A DNA stretch of 64,000 nucleotides from Octopus sinensis (GCF_006345805.1 NC_043000.1:46190001-46254000), one strand, 5' to 3'. Positions 26,521 to 39,688 are shown, counted from the first letter of the stretch. The notes: generated from the letters alone by a model not told the origin. A program made the numbers and translations.

Positions 26521-26937
26521 TCTTTTACTTTTTTACTTGTTTCAGTCATGTGACTGTGGCCATGCTGGAGCACCACCTTTAGTTGAGCAAATCGACCCCA
26601 GGACTTTTTCTTTGTAAGCCTAGTACTTATTCTATCGGTCTCTTTTGCTGAACCGCTAGGTTACGGGGACGTAAACACACCAGATTCAGTTGTCAAGCGA
26701 TGTTGGGGGGACAAACACAGATGCACAAACACATACACACACACATACATACATATATATATATACATATATACGACAGGCTTCTTTCAGTTTCCGTCTA
26801 CCAAATCCACTCACAAGGCTTTGGTCGGCCCGAGGCTATAGTAGAAAACACTTTCCCAAGGTGCCACACAGTGGGACTGATCCTGGAACCATGTGGTTCG
26901 TAAGCAAGGTACTTACCACATAGCCACTCCTACGCCT
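26521..26937 (-). mobile_element. SINE family 1, full length
   Basis: Reverse complement of the family 1 head, core and tail. Confidence 0.9.
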
Positions 26938-27399
26938 ATCAAAGATTATTTTACTTCCATGTTAAATTCAACAACACCAGTACATCCAAGTTATTGCTCA
27001 TCCCCTTATTGAGGCAACCTTATGAATGAAGACGTTTTAGTAATGACCATACTAAATTTTGTATATCAGAAACTATATCAGAAAACGTATAAATTCAGGA
27101 AGGGTTTAGCTGAAATTTCTAACAGTTTAGACAACGTTAATTGGACATAAGAACACTGAAATAAAGCATGAATATTATACAATATCATTTCTCACACTTA
27201 CGTATGTCTGTGTATGAAAGAAATTAATATTTAAACTAAATAATGTTAATTTGTCAACCTCTAATTCTACATCGTTAATCATAGCACTGAAATGAAATAA
27301 CTAAAACTTACACAAACTGACTGTGTTATAGAAATCACATATTAATGACTAATTGTTCTCCATTTCTTTCATTAGTTACCTGTCTGTCTGTCTCACCTC

Positions 27400-28365
27400 T
27401 GGCATAGCTGTGAGGTAAGAAGTTTGCTTCTCAGCCACGTGGTTCCATATTCAGTCCCCCTGCATTGCACATGCTGCTATAGCCCCAGGCTGACCGAAGC
27501 CTTGTGTGTTGATTTGATAGAAAGAAACTAAAAGAAGCCCTCTTTATGTGTGTGTGCATGTACATATGTGTGTATCTTTGCATTTGAGTTTGTCCTTCAT
27601 CAAGGTTGACAACCAGTGTCAGTTTGATTACATCGCCATAACATAGTGAATTGAAAATATTTCCTTCTTTGGACACAAAACTCTGCTTGCAAAGACCTGT
27701 TGAGGCAAGTGGAATTGAAATTGAATTTGAAACAGAACCAAATTCGACGACTGGCACCCATGCCAACCTCCCTTCATTGGACACAAAAATCTGCTTGCAA
27801 AGACCTGTCGGGGGACAAGTCAAATTGAAATTGAACCAAATTCGATGACTGGTACCCATGCCAGTGGAGCGTTAACAGCTCCATCCGAGTGGGATCACTG
27901 CCAGAGTGGCTGTCTGGCTTCTGTGCCAGTGGCACATAAAAAGCACCATTTGTGCGTGATCATTACCAGCGTCGCCTTACTGGCACTTGTGCTGGTGGCA
28001 CATGAACAAAAGATTCGAGTGAGGTCATTGCCAGTGCCGCTGGACTGACTTCTGTGCAGGTGGCACGTAGAAAACAAACACCATTTTGAGCATGGCCATA
28101 AGCACCATTTGAGTGTGATTGTTACCGGCGTTGCCTTACAGGCACTTGTGCCGGTGGCTCGTGAACAAAACCATTTCAAGCATGGCCTTTGCCAGTACCG
28201 CCAGACTGGCCATCGTGCTGGTGGCACATAAAAGCACCCACTACACTCTTGGAGTGGTTGGTGTTAGGAAGGACATCCAGCTGTAGAAACGCCAGTCCTT
28301 AGTCAAATCGTCCAACCCATGCTAGCATGGAAAACAGCCGTTAAATGATGATGATGATGCTGATG
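27400..28365 (+). mobile_element. Family 1-type head joined to a long family 2 body
   Basis: Head 27400-27645; duplicated ~115-bp ttggacacaaaa..gcttgcaaagacctg block 27667-27860; gtggcac repeats; (gat)n tail. Confidence 0.75.
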
Positions 28366-28714
28366 ATAGAATAAGTACCAGGCTTTAAAAGAATAAGTAT
28401 TGGAGTCAATTTGTTTAACTAATATCGCTAAAGAGCTGCAGTCCAATGACTGAAACAGCTGATTGATAAAAAATCTCAAAAGAAAAAGGAATAAAATGAA
28501 ATGAGACAACGTCAATGTGGTCACTTGATTTGCTAACAAAGCAGGCAAATTAACCCTCCAACTATACTTTCTTTAAAAAAGAACATAAAGGAAAAAAGAA
28601 CTGAAGGCATATCGGATAATATAATCTAAGATAAGCTGGTTTCTCGTTTCTATTGCACATGGAGGATTATCTTGCTGGGAGTCAATTTTTTGTTAGATAA
28701 TTAAATATTAATTT

Positions 28715-29022
28715 ACCTCAATGAAAGTTCCAGTTGGTCCAATCAATTGAACAGGCAGCTTGTGAAATTAATGTGTAAGTGGCTGAGTACTCCACAGACA
28801 TGTGTACCCTTTATGTAGTTCTCAACAAGTTTCAGTGTGGTACAGAGTGAGATTAGGCTGGCCCTTTGAAATACAGGTACTACTCATTTTTGCCAGCTGA
28901 GTAGACTGGAGCAATGTGAAATAAAGTGTCTTGCTGAAGAGCACAACACATCACCGAGAATTGAACTCACAACCTTATGATTGTAAGCCAAATACCCTAA
29001 CCACTAAACCACGCACCTTCAC
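28715..29022 (-). mobile_element. SINE family 4
   Basis: gtggctgagtactccacagacatgtgtaccc...gaattgaactcac...ccctaaccactaaaccacgcaccttcac. Confidence 0.85.
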
Positions 29023-29489
29023 TGTATCATATAACCTTTATGCATTTAGTGAAATTTCCATTTCTTTCTCTTTCTTTGTATTGTTTCAACTATGTAGTCC
29101 TTAGTATTCTTAAATAGCTGATATTTTGATTTAACTGATTCTCTTCAATATGAAGCAACCAAGGGGCTATCAATTGCATCATTTTATTTACATTATGGTA
29201 GTAGAAGAAGAAGAAGAAGACTTTCTAGCAAAAGGAGAGATAAGAAAGATATGATGAAAGCATTTCACAAGGTAGAAGTAACTTTTGTTCATAAGTCTTA
29301 AGATGAATTTTGTCTGAGAAGACTGGATGTTACAACAAGAAGGCAAACCTTGACCAAAGCTGAGTTGGGATAACAGGTAAATATATCTGCCGATATCATG
29401 AAAATAAAGCACATGGTATAAGTAATAATTCTCTTAATGAGTATAATCTTTGTAAAGAGGTGCTGAATTCTCTTGCAATATTCAAGGCA

Positions 29490-29710
29490 GTGAGATGGCA
29501 AAGAAGGTGGATGGCAGAATCGTTAACACACCTGGCCAAATGCTGAACTACATTTTGTCTGTCTTTACATTCAGAGTTCAAATTCCAACAAGCTCGACTT
29601 TGCCAATGGGGTCGATGAAATAAGTAGCAGTTAAACAATGGGGTCGATGTGACTGACTTACTTCTCCCTGAAATTGTTGTTCTTGTGCAAACATTTGAAA
29701 AACAATATTC
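29490..29710 (+). mobile_element. SINE family 3
   Basis: tggcagaatcgttaacac...gagttcaaattcc...ggggtcgatgtgactgac. Confidence 0.7.
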
Positions 29711-29758
29711 TGTTGCATCATTTCAAAATGAAAATACTGTTGTCTTTCATCTTTCTAG

Positions 29759-29850
29759 AATTTATCTGTATTTGTAGCAGGTTGTGCGACCATTTAGAGG
29801 ATCCTTTAATGATTTGATATCTAGAATATTGAGAGATTATGTGACTATAT
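29759..29850 (+). CDS. Possible host exon (FICICSRLCDHLEDP / NDLISRILRDYVTI), needs a 1-bp correction
   Basis: Strong acceptor tgtctttcatctttctag and donor gtatga; frame is open only if ccttt gains one T. Confidence 0.3.
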
Positions 29851-30838
29851 GTATGATACTTTTGTAAAAGGAAACCATGCCAACCTTGATTTGTTTATAG
29901 TAGGTCTCTGCCTTGTTTACCCATTGTTATTATTACTATCCACATTGTTATCTATGACAAGTGACAGAGAATCTGGTTTTGAAAGTTCTGGTTGGCATTT
30001 TATGACTTCTGCAACATCAAATCATCAACTTAACTTCACAATGTGAGTAAATATAGAGTTCATTTTTAGAAGTTGGTGACTTACTTTCAGATTGAAACAA
30101 CCGCAAGAACACATTTTAATTCTCGGGCATTCACATCGAATGTCAAACTACCTTTCTTTACTATCATCCTCATCACACTTTCAGTGATAACTGTAATTGA
30201 CAAGCTAGCTATATGTCACACATATGCATCAAAAAAGTATTTTTGCAGTTGCTATTACACACATTATATGTTGGAAATGGTTGGTATTTTCAAATTATTG
30301 GTCATTCAAAGACTTAACTTCACTTAAACAATTATTTTTTGGTGTCAAAGTTTTTGTAGCACCAACTACAACTAGTCACTGGCATTATTCTACAGCAGTA
30401 GATTTTGACACCTAGTAATTATGTTTAAGTGAAATTAACAGTCTTTTTGTGCTTTTGGATGACTGGTATGTCTCTTCTAAGGTGCAATCGTTTTAGTTTC
30501 AACACATGATATCAAACCAAATCACTTTCTTGGCAAGAACACATCCAAAATTTCAAATTATTAAATTTTTGTAAATGATTGTGATAAATTTTCACAGTTA
30601 GAGCAAATACACAATTTTCAATTTCATCTGCGATACATCAAAATTACTAATCCGATATTCACTTAGAAATTATCTCTATATCATATACTTCATTACAGTT
30701 ACTGCATGTTTATGTTATAGTGAATGTGAAAGACTTAGCAATAAGACTTAAATAGGCTCTAAAATTCCCATTTAAGAGTCTCACAGGTAAGATACATCCC
30801 AACAGACACACACACAAATGCACACATATTTTCGTTGT

Positions 30839-30892
<54 letters not shown>

Positions 30893-30897
30893 AGACG

Positions 30898-31481
30898 TCA
30901 TGACAACAACAAGGACTGACCATTGAACACTTTGCAACAAGTATGGACTTGGTAGAGTAAAAAAGTGGTACGAGCATAAACCTGAAGGCATCATCGAAAA
31001 TGATAATGCAAAGATTCTATGGGATTTTATAATTCAGTGCAACCATAAGATATAGAATAAGAAACCATACATAGTGTTAATTGAGAAAGAAAGCAGACAA
31101 TGCTGGATCATGGATATAGCATGTCCAGCTGGCAAGAAGGTATGCGATAAGGAAGAAAGAAAAGTTGATAGATATGACAGGTTAGCTTGGGAAGTTAAGC
31201 AGTTGTGGTTAATGAAAAAGGTAGCAGTAGTACCAATAATTGTCTGAGCTCTGGGGACAGTGAGTAAAAATCTTGAGAAATTCATGGAGCAAATAGGTGC
31301 TGCAATAAGGGTGGAACATTAGCAGAAAACAGCACTGCTTGGAACCACTTGAATACTCATGATGGTGCTCAAAAAAAATAAATAAATAAACGGTGTTACC
31401 TTAGTACACTGGTAGTGAACAGCTGCCAATGTAGTACATCTCCAGCTTTTGAAGCTGTGCAAAGACTGTAAAATAATAATG

Positions 31482-31527
<46 letters not shown>
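30898..31527 (+). mobile_element. R4/Dong-like non-LTR retrotransposon 3' fragment (restriction-like endonuclease)
   Basis: KWYEHKPEGIIENDNAKILWDF...KPYIVLIEKESRQCWIMDIACP...DRYDRLAWEVKQLW...VVPIIV*ALG...KTALLGT, followed by (AAT)n. Confidence 0.85.
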
Positions 31528-31833
31528 GTGGGGAAGCATCATAATCGTGTGTTGAAAGGAATTCTTGGAGGTTTGAATAATTCACCTTTGGAAACATGGC
31601 TGGTTCATTCAACATCCTTAAACAATCCTTATTCAGGGACCTAAATTCTAACTGGGCCCCACCCGCAAGGTCATGCGCAGTTTGTCTTGATATGAGATCA
31701 CCATGTCGCGCACATATGGTTGTGATACATGTGCCTGGTGTACCCTTATCAGACGGGTAGTCATGATGGGTATACTGGGTTTCGTATATTTTACCCCAGT
31801 GTCACTTTGATGGCATGCACTGCTCTCTCACTC

Positions 31834-31873
<40 letters not shown>
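31528..31873 (+). mobile_element. Retroposon 3' end with (AAT)n tail, unclassified
   Basis: Ends gcatgcactgctctctcactc(aat)n, then (aag)n; no coding capacity seen. Confidence 0.5.
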
Positions 31874-31902
<29 letters not shown>

Positions 31903-32952
31903 AAGAAGGAAAAGAAAAAGAATGTATATATTAGGCCAATAATTGTTTGTGCCGTTGGTAATAAAGAGATTAGAAAATGACAGGTAAGAAAAGTGAAAGT
32001 AGAACTCATTTTCAAAACTGCATTGCTTAGCAATGCAAGGAGTCTCTGCCATGTCCTCAAAGCCAGAAATGAACATACCACATTGGTTCACAAGAAGTGA
32101 ACAGCTGGTACATTTATTACACCTCCAGCAACATGTTGAGTCTGTCAGATATTATCATAATGATATTAATAAATAAATAGAAAAACAGTGCAGTTTTGAC
32201 AAAAATGTTTTGTGAACAATGTCAAACCATTTCTTCTCTCTGAACATCATAAAACATACAATAGTTGTGATAAAGAAAAGAAACAAAATTATGTTTGAAA
32301 TATATATTTACTAAAAACACAAAATAAAATAAATCTATTTGATCATATTACCTTTTTTTTATTACTTGCATTATATTTTAATCAGACTTGACTTAGAAAT
32401 GTAATAATTCTCATTTTCTTTTTTCTAAGTTTCTTTTATGTTTAAAGATAATTTTCTGTTAGTAAATCTTAGTTTATTTCAGTAGTCAAACTTAACTTAC
32501 AGTACATGTTTGGCAGAAAACTGAAACTTCTAGTGAGTATATGGTGTACAGAGAAACTGCGTGGTTATTTCAATAGTTAATATATTCAAATTACCCTTAT
32601 GAAATTTTTTAGCTCTGATCCAATGATATTGATAATAGTCATTCATGCACTGTACCTCTGGGCCAGAAGCACACCAGCTTTTGTGAATAATTCTATTCAT
32701 ATATCGTACATCACTACTGCACAATAAATGGTAATATTTGCTTATGTTATTATCTGGTAATGTACTGAAAATAAGTTCTTGAATTTCAAAAATAAATGTT
32801 CAAGCTTTATCAAAATATCTTTTTGTCATTTCTTTGCTAAACATTATATTTACTGATACTTTTTCCATTCATACCAAATGGAACAAAAGAGAAACACTTT
32901 ATTTTTGAATTCATAACGTATTTGTTCATTTTTTTCAAATTTCTTTTTTCAG

Positions 32953-33141
32953 AATACATCTCATAACAAAACGTCCAAGTAAAAAAAAATTTTGCTCAAT
33001 GTATCGAAATACATAATGTAGAAACTAGTGTAAGTGCAGAAGCAATCATTGAACAATGTCAATCAGAACTATGTAAAGAAACTGTAACTATACAATTGGA
33101 ACCTGAACAGAAAAAAGAAAATGCTGGAAATTTACCTCATG
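32953..33141 (+). CDS. Host gene exon (IHLITKRPSKK/NFAQCIEIHNVETSVSAEAIIEQCQSELCKETVTIQLEPEQKKENAGNLPH)
   Basis: Acceptor ttcttttttcag, donor g|gtaaat; continuous frame requires the A9 run at 32981-32989 to be A8. Confidence 0.55.
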
Positions 33142-33229
33142 GTAAATAGCCCTCTCTGATGGATAAATCTATGCTGGATAAAATACACTCAACCAGAAAA
33201 GTATGTAAATAGAGAAAGTGAAAGTATCA

Positions 33230-34330
33230 TTACTCAGCTTTTGCAGCATATTTGCTTGAAGATCAAAAGAATAAGACTTATCCTAATGTAAAATGCCTTG
33301 TTTGCTATCAATATCTTATAAAATAAAACTTAGCACTTGCCAAGTTGAAAAGCCATTTTCAAAAATATCCTTAATTTGTGAATATATCTCACATTTATTT
33401 TTAGCAGGTGCTGGAAAATCATACAAAGAAATTTTACTCCAAAGAATAATTGCCATCTTCTCCATTTTTTTTTCCTTTCTTTTACCAATCTCATCCTTAA
33501 ACAAAAGCAGCTATTTACAGAAAGTAAAACCATAATCAAGCCAAGTCTTCTTAAAGTAGCAGAGAAGCTCTGTAATAAAAATGGAATATTGAGAAGAAAA
33601 TTATATTACTCCTTTGGTCAGCACAAGATGAAGAGCTGATGATTTGTGCTAAAAATTTAAAAGAACAAGTCTTGTTCAAGTTATGAAATACATCATGCTA
33701 TGGCATGTGAATGGATAAAAGCAATGACATAACTAATTGTGCACTGCTTTTTCCATTGTAGGAATTTTCCAGCTATTTCTAATGACATACGTAATACAGC
33801 TAAACATTACCTTATGTTGTTTTGATGTTGGAGATGAAACTATTGTGGAGGCTAATTTATTTCAATAGCATTGCGGATTTCCTTGCTAAAGCCGTAATTC
33901 CCTAGCACTAATGTGTTTCCCTAACTACTGATGGAGCATCAGCAATGATCGGTATTCTGTGAAGTGTAGCTATGCACATGAAAAATATTTTTATCCTCTA
34001 CCTCAGTGTGCACCACATTATTCACAGAAAAGCATTGATTGCATAAAAAAATAAGCAGCATACAAAAGAAAATTAATCAATTAGAGAATCTATTTGATGA
34101 TGATGTAAAGTGTATCAATCACACAGAATTACATTCAAAAAGCCTCCATATGTTTCAGAGATTTTGTGTAAAGATATGGATGCTAAATACACAGCTTTGT
34201 TGCAACATTCTCCAGTTTGGTAGCTCATGTGAGGAAACATTCTAATTTGGCTTTTTAGATTACATAAGGTAATGTATTTCTCCATAATAAAAAGACAAAC
34301 TTTGTCGTTATTTTTAACTATTCAAAGTGT
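33230..34330 (+). mobile_element. hAT (Charlie/Buster-type) transposase relic
   Basis: Recognisable TTDGASAMIG, IIHRKAL (HCIIHRE motif) and MDAKYTALLQHS; many stops and frameshifts. Confidence 0.7.
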
Positions 34331-34525
34331 ATCTTCACATTGGATTACACAGCTTCACATAGAAATATTTTGAATTCAAATAGCATTTTTTTTTCCAGTT
34401 AGCAAGACCCAAGTATTTCAGGCACTGTTATTGTTTTGGAAAGAAGACAAAGTCAGACTTCTCATTTGCCTACAGGTTTGATGGATAAAGATTCTGAAGA
34501 CTACAGCAGCATAATAAACAATAGC

Positions 34526-35115
34526 CTGATGGCTGGCAGAAAAGTTCATTGGCTGAGCAAGATATATAATCACATGAAATGGGACCAAATGAGATCATCT
34601 TTGGAACAGGTGAGGAGGAGTGTTTCCAATACATGGATTGTCTCCTTGTCCTTACTCAAAGTGATGAAGCCAACTCACATCTTGTGATGGGAAACATTTA
34701 AGGAAACCATGCCTGAAACAATGTCAAATTTTCCCAAGATGTAATCAGCCTGGTTTGCTTTTGATGAGGTTTCAGAAGATGTGGAACCCACGAAGCAGAA
34801 ACTATTGTCACATCAAGTTCACACTGCAGAATGTTCTCAACTCTCTCATAGGATATGCTAATAGCATTGGCTATTTGATTAATAGTCATTCGCCTGTCAT
34901 CTATCAGCATACAGTGAACATGAACAATGTTTTCCTCACTGGTGGCAGCTGCAGGACATCCAGACTTGGGTTATTTTAAACCCACCTCCTTTCCCCCTCC
35001 TAAAATCAGCTGCCAACATATAAACTGATAAAGACGGAGTGTCATCCACCTGATGTAGCAACCATGTCAGCATGAATGCTCTTGGGAGCTAAACCCTTTT
35101 TGGCAGGTACTTGAT
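34526..35115 (-). mobile_element. Deleted mariner relic
   Basis: DRRMTINQIANAISISYERVENILQCELDVTIVSASWVPHLL (WVPH motif); TIR-like gatggctggcagaaaagttcattggctg. Confidence 0.8.
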
Positions 35116-35122
35116 AACAACG

Positions 35123-35620
35123 TGGAGGTGTGTGGATTAGTGGTTAGGGTGTCAGCACCATGATCGTAAGATTGTGGTTTTGATTGCTGGACTGGGTGAT
35201 GCATTGTGTTCTTAAGCAAAACACTTCATTTCACGTTGCTCCAGTCTACTCATCTGGCAAAAATGAGTAATGCTGCAATGGACTGGCATCCCCTTCCAGC
35301 TGAGGAACACATACGCCATAGAAACCGGGAAACTTGGCCCATGAGACTGGCTAGGCTTTTAAAAAGAGTGCATTTATTAGTGGAGGTGCAATGGCCCAGT
35401 GGTTAGGGCAGCATTGTGTGTGTTTATTGACCGAAAACACCTAAAAGTTCCACGAGGCTCTGGCAGGGTGTGGTGGTGACCCCTGTTGTACTCTTTCACC
35501 ACAACTTTCTCTCACTCTCTCTTCCTGTTTCTTGAGTAATGCTGTGATGGACTGGCGTCCTGTCCAGCTGGGGGAACACATATGCCACAGAAACTGTGAA
35601 ACTAGGCTCATGGCGAAGAA
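35123..35620 (+). mobile_element. Two tandem family 4-headed SINE variants
   Basis: gtggaggtg...agtggttaggg heads at ~35123 and ~35381; shared gtaatgctg..atggactggc..tccagctg..gaacacat..gcca..gaaac tails. Confidence 0.65.
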
Positions 35621-36973
35621 AAAAAACTTGATAATAGCACAATGCTAAATTTTATCCATTTTCAAGAGAAGTCACTGCAAGTTACTTTAGAAGTCTTCTT
35701 TGAACAGTGAGATGTCTTTACCTGGAAAGAAACAATGCGGTTATAAATAAGAAGGGTTGGAATTAATGTGTGCAAGGTTTCACTGCTTTAGCATCACTCA
35801 TTAATAGTCAGGTTATGAATTTTTCGGCTTACCCTTGTATGAATGAGTTACCTGTGTCTTTTAAAATTTAATAATGAAAAATACCTTCCTGAAGAGGAAT
35901 GCAGGTAATTAGAAAAATTAAACTGGTTTTAAATCCATTTGATTTAGCTATTAATATATCAAATATTCCTAATGAGGTAAAGCTTCAACTGTTGAAACTA
36001 GCTGTTGATCTGATATGGTTATCAAATCTCTCTACATCAAATGGTAATTAATTTGGAGCCATGATATTCAATTCAACTATCAAAATGAAAAAGGTGATTA
36101 TTGAAGCTTTGGAAATTCTAATTTAATTTCATAATAGAGACTTCTGTGAGAAGAGATTCTCACTAATGACTCAAATAAAAAGTGAAATAAGCAATCATCT
36201 TCATAAGTTGGACATACTTACAACGTTCTGGCTCTTGCCACAAATAAACAATTTGATAAATCAACTGCAAAAGCAATCAAGTTATTAAAATCTCTGAGCT
36301 TTTATTACTCAATTTAAGTAATATATTCTTTTATGTCGTTTTAAAGGACTGTCATCAAGATTGATGTAGAAGCAATTATCTCCCTTACAATAACTTGCCA
36401 CAAGGGAACATTGTCTCTCTGAATTACTGTGGCTGTAAAATTCTAGAAATATCCACACATACATCAGACAATGAATAATTGAGGTGATATGATTACAAAG
36501 TGATGGTTCTTCTAACACATAACAAAGGGTAAATTACTTGAGAATAACCACTTGAAAGTAGTATCCGTGGTGCCCCAGCATGGCGGTGGTGCCCCAGCAT
36601 GGCCACGGCCTTCGGGCTAAAACATTTTAAAGGATTTTTTAAAGATTTATACCCAAGAAGAAAACACCAAAAACATATTGTGAATTTTGCTTGTCACAAC
36701 TATAAAAGTAACTATATTAAGAACACTTCCCAAGGTAGAATTCTTGGAAAGGTTTCAATCAGTATGGGAAAAATTTGTCTCTTCTCTCAATTACTGAACT
36801 ATTAATGACCTATGATGAAAAAATTATTAAAAAAAAAGGAAAGAAAAAAGCACACATTTCATGAGTGTCTTCTAAACTGTAATTATTTTCCACTTGTAAG
36901 AAATGTCTCAATTCATAAAATATTTAATGTTTTTTGCACTTTTTGTTGGTTTGTTGCTTTCTTTTTGCCTCAG

Positions 36974-37016
36974 GTCATGTCATACTGATGATTTCAATTA
37001 AGACTGAAATTGAACT
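36974..37016 (+). CDS. Host gene mini-exon (GHVILMISIKTEIEL)
   Basis: Acceptor ctttttgcctcag; only phase 1 is open, matching the preceding exon; donor gtacgt (alternative end 37020). Confidence 0.55.
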
Positions 37017-38139
37017 GTACGTAATTATCAATGACTTGAAATTTTGAGATTCTTTTAAGGAGTAAGGAAAAATTTAAACATTTATATTCTATGCATCTTT
37101 ATTGCACTTTGATTTAACATTCAAACTTCTAATGTCACCAAGATTTATTTATACTATGGTCTACCATGGTACAGTAACCATAGAAGACCATATGTTTGAA
37201 AAGGTCTATGTGTGTGTGTGTGTTTTCTTTCTATATTTAAGTTTTGGAGCCGGCTAGTATAATTCATATTAGTACCATCGTGGAATTAATACGTTCTGTT
37301 GATTTACTGAAGTGGTTTAAATCCTCCCAAGAGAAAAAGTGCAAATCAATGACAAACTAGAATATTATCCAGGGCGGGGTGTTCGTCCATTTTGTATATC
37401 ACATTGGTTATAAATAAAAATTTCTATTTACGCTACCCAAAATACATCACAGAAATACATACACATACATTTTTAAAATTCTCATTCTGATTTCAAGCAA
37501 AGGACTGTGTTCATGCAAGGTTGGTTTTAGTCAATTATATGCCACTTAATCTGATTAATATTCTATCACTCTCTATCCAATGTATGGTTAAGTCCACTTA
37601 GGTAATGTCGATTTGGAGCATAGTTTCCTTTTTATAGGTTCAAATATTCTAAGGTGTTTATGTTGGTATAAGCATACACACACACACAACGCATCCCATG
37701 CCTTTCTCCCACTCATGCACACATACACACATACACATATTTAAAGAACATACCATTAGGGTGGAATAGATTCCATCTAGACTTGCAACTGAATTTCCCA
37801 AAAGAATCACATTAAGTCATAAAATAAAGCTTAGCAAAATTTGTCATGGACTTGGTAAAAAATAATGTTCCTAACAGCAAGCCAAAGAATTGTCTTAGGG
37901 GAACTAGCAAGAGAGAAGTCAGAAAAAATTACAACTGAGCAATAATTACTATGTATAAACAACAAAGAAGTGAGGTGGATGGCATTTAGCAGCAATGAAG
38001 AGAATTAATTTTGGGTAATATTAAGAAAATTACTGAATGTTTCAGCACTCAAACAAAAGTCCACTAGGTTTTGTCAATACAAAATATAACACATCAATAA
38101 GTATGTGTGTGTGTGTTTGTACGAATGCATGTAAATATA

Positions 38140-38392
38140 TATTCTTTTATTCGTTTCAGTCATTTGTCTGTGGCCATCCTGGAGCACCACCTTTAGTTGA
38201 ACAAATCGACTCCAGGATTAATTCTTTGAAAGCCTAGTACTTAGTCTATCAGTCTGTTTTGCCAAACTGCTAGGTTACAGGGATTTTAAACGCACCCATA
38301 TTGATTGTCAAGAGATGGTAGGGAGACAAACACAGACACACAAACATATACATATATATGTACATAAACACACACACACACACATATATATA

Positions 38393-38427
<35 letters not shown>

Positions 38428-38580
38428 CGACAGGCTTCTTTCGGTTTCCATCTACCAAATCCACTCACGACATTTTGGTTGGCCTGAGGCTACAGTAGAA
38501 GACACTTGCCCAAGGTGGCATGCAGTGGGACTGAACCCAGCAAGCTACTTGGAAAGCAAGCTACTTACTACTCAACTGCT
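38140..38580 (-). mobile_element. SINE family 1
   Basis: Reverse complement; its head half is duplicated at ~39783-39935. Confidence 0.85.
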
Positions 38581-38605
38581 CCTATATATATATATATATA
38601 TATAT

Positions 38606-39688
38606 ATGCAAGAAGAAAGTGGAGGAAAAATAACATGAAGCTGGTAGTTTGCGCTCGTAAGCTGCTAATTTAATTAATTAATAAAGAAAAGTGGTAGTAA
38701 TAGTACATTTACGATCGTTTCTGTTTACCAGTTGTAGTGGTAGACATCATCAGAATGCAGAATCATATGTAGAGGTAAGAAGTGCGAAAGACATAGGGAT
38801 ACATTCGTAACAAGAATAAAGACAAAGAATGGGGAGTCTTACAATATAGTAGATTTCTTAGTTGATAATTCTGCTGCGAAGTGGATATAGGGTGGAGGTT
38901 ATTTTGATCTGTAGTCCCAAGTTTAAGTAAGTGTATATATTCCATGTGTTTATTCTGGCTAGACTTTTCCCCGGCGGTGTAAAGAAAGGCAGTTAACTCT
39001 AATTCATGGTAAAAATGGCTAACTCTATCAGGATAACTCATTCTGGGGTGAGTAAGGAATTTATGTGTCTTCGGGACTTAAAGTTGTAGGAAATTCGTAG
39101 TAATTGAGGAAGCCCTGTATAGGTGCAAAATAATTTATCATGGTGTGTGTAAATGAGTGGGGGTTGAGGTGAATGTTTGCATGTAAGTAATTTAAGTGGT
39201 TCCCGGCTAAATGGGATTATTTAGATGAAGATATAAGTATAGTATTTGTACAGGGTCAAGCGGATTTACTGATACTTGGAAAAGACAAAGAGGACTATAT
39301 GTAGACAAAAAATTATATTCTCATATTTTCTATTAAAAAGAGGTGGTTTAGCCGTTAGGATTTCCAGGCATTTGGTTAAACAGAGATCACAATGTCTATT
39401 GGTAGAGTTGTAAGAAGTTGTTACACCATTTTAATCTATATTCTAATTTTTTGTCCTTAAGCGCCCAGATATAACTATTAAGCCCTGTTGAATTTGCCTT
39501 AATCCTATTTCTGAAGCTAGATTGGTGTGCGTTGTACCTAAGTATCATTCAGTTTTTCGTGGCTCCTATATAGGATTTTATATGGCTATTTGTGTGTATG
39601 TCACATTGGTAATTACCAGGAGCACCTTTAGATTTAAGTATCCCTTAGAGGTTTTTAACCACCTCTAACTTATAGCTACATAACTCAC
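38606..39688 (-). mobile_element. Penelope-like element 3' fragment (GIY-YIG endonuclease plus HHR tail), copy 1
   Basis: YQCDIHTNSHIKSYIGATKN*MILRYNAHQSSFRN...STGLNSYIWALKDKKLEYRLKW and, after a frameshift, RHCDLCLTKCLEIL. Confidence 0.9.
38704..38759 (-). ncRNA. Minimal type I hammerhead ribozyme, copy 1
   Basis: UGCAUU-CUGAUGA-UGUCUACC-ACUACAACU-GGUAAACA-GAAA-C-GAUC-G-UA-AAUGUA; core intact, three helices pair. Confidence 0.85.

Noticed and set aside
27860-28240. Regular ~60-bp gtggcacgtaaaaagcacc repeats with variable spacers (also 42000-42290), superficially CRISPR-like
   Set aside because: They are internal tandem repeats of a eukaryotic SINE; the spacers are homologous to each other and no cas genes are present
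36982-37012. CTGATGA...GAAA motif inside the 36974 exon
   Set aside because: GAAA is consumed by its own stem and there are no stems I or III; a chance match
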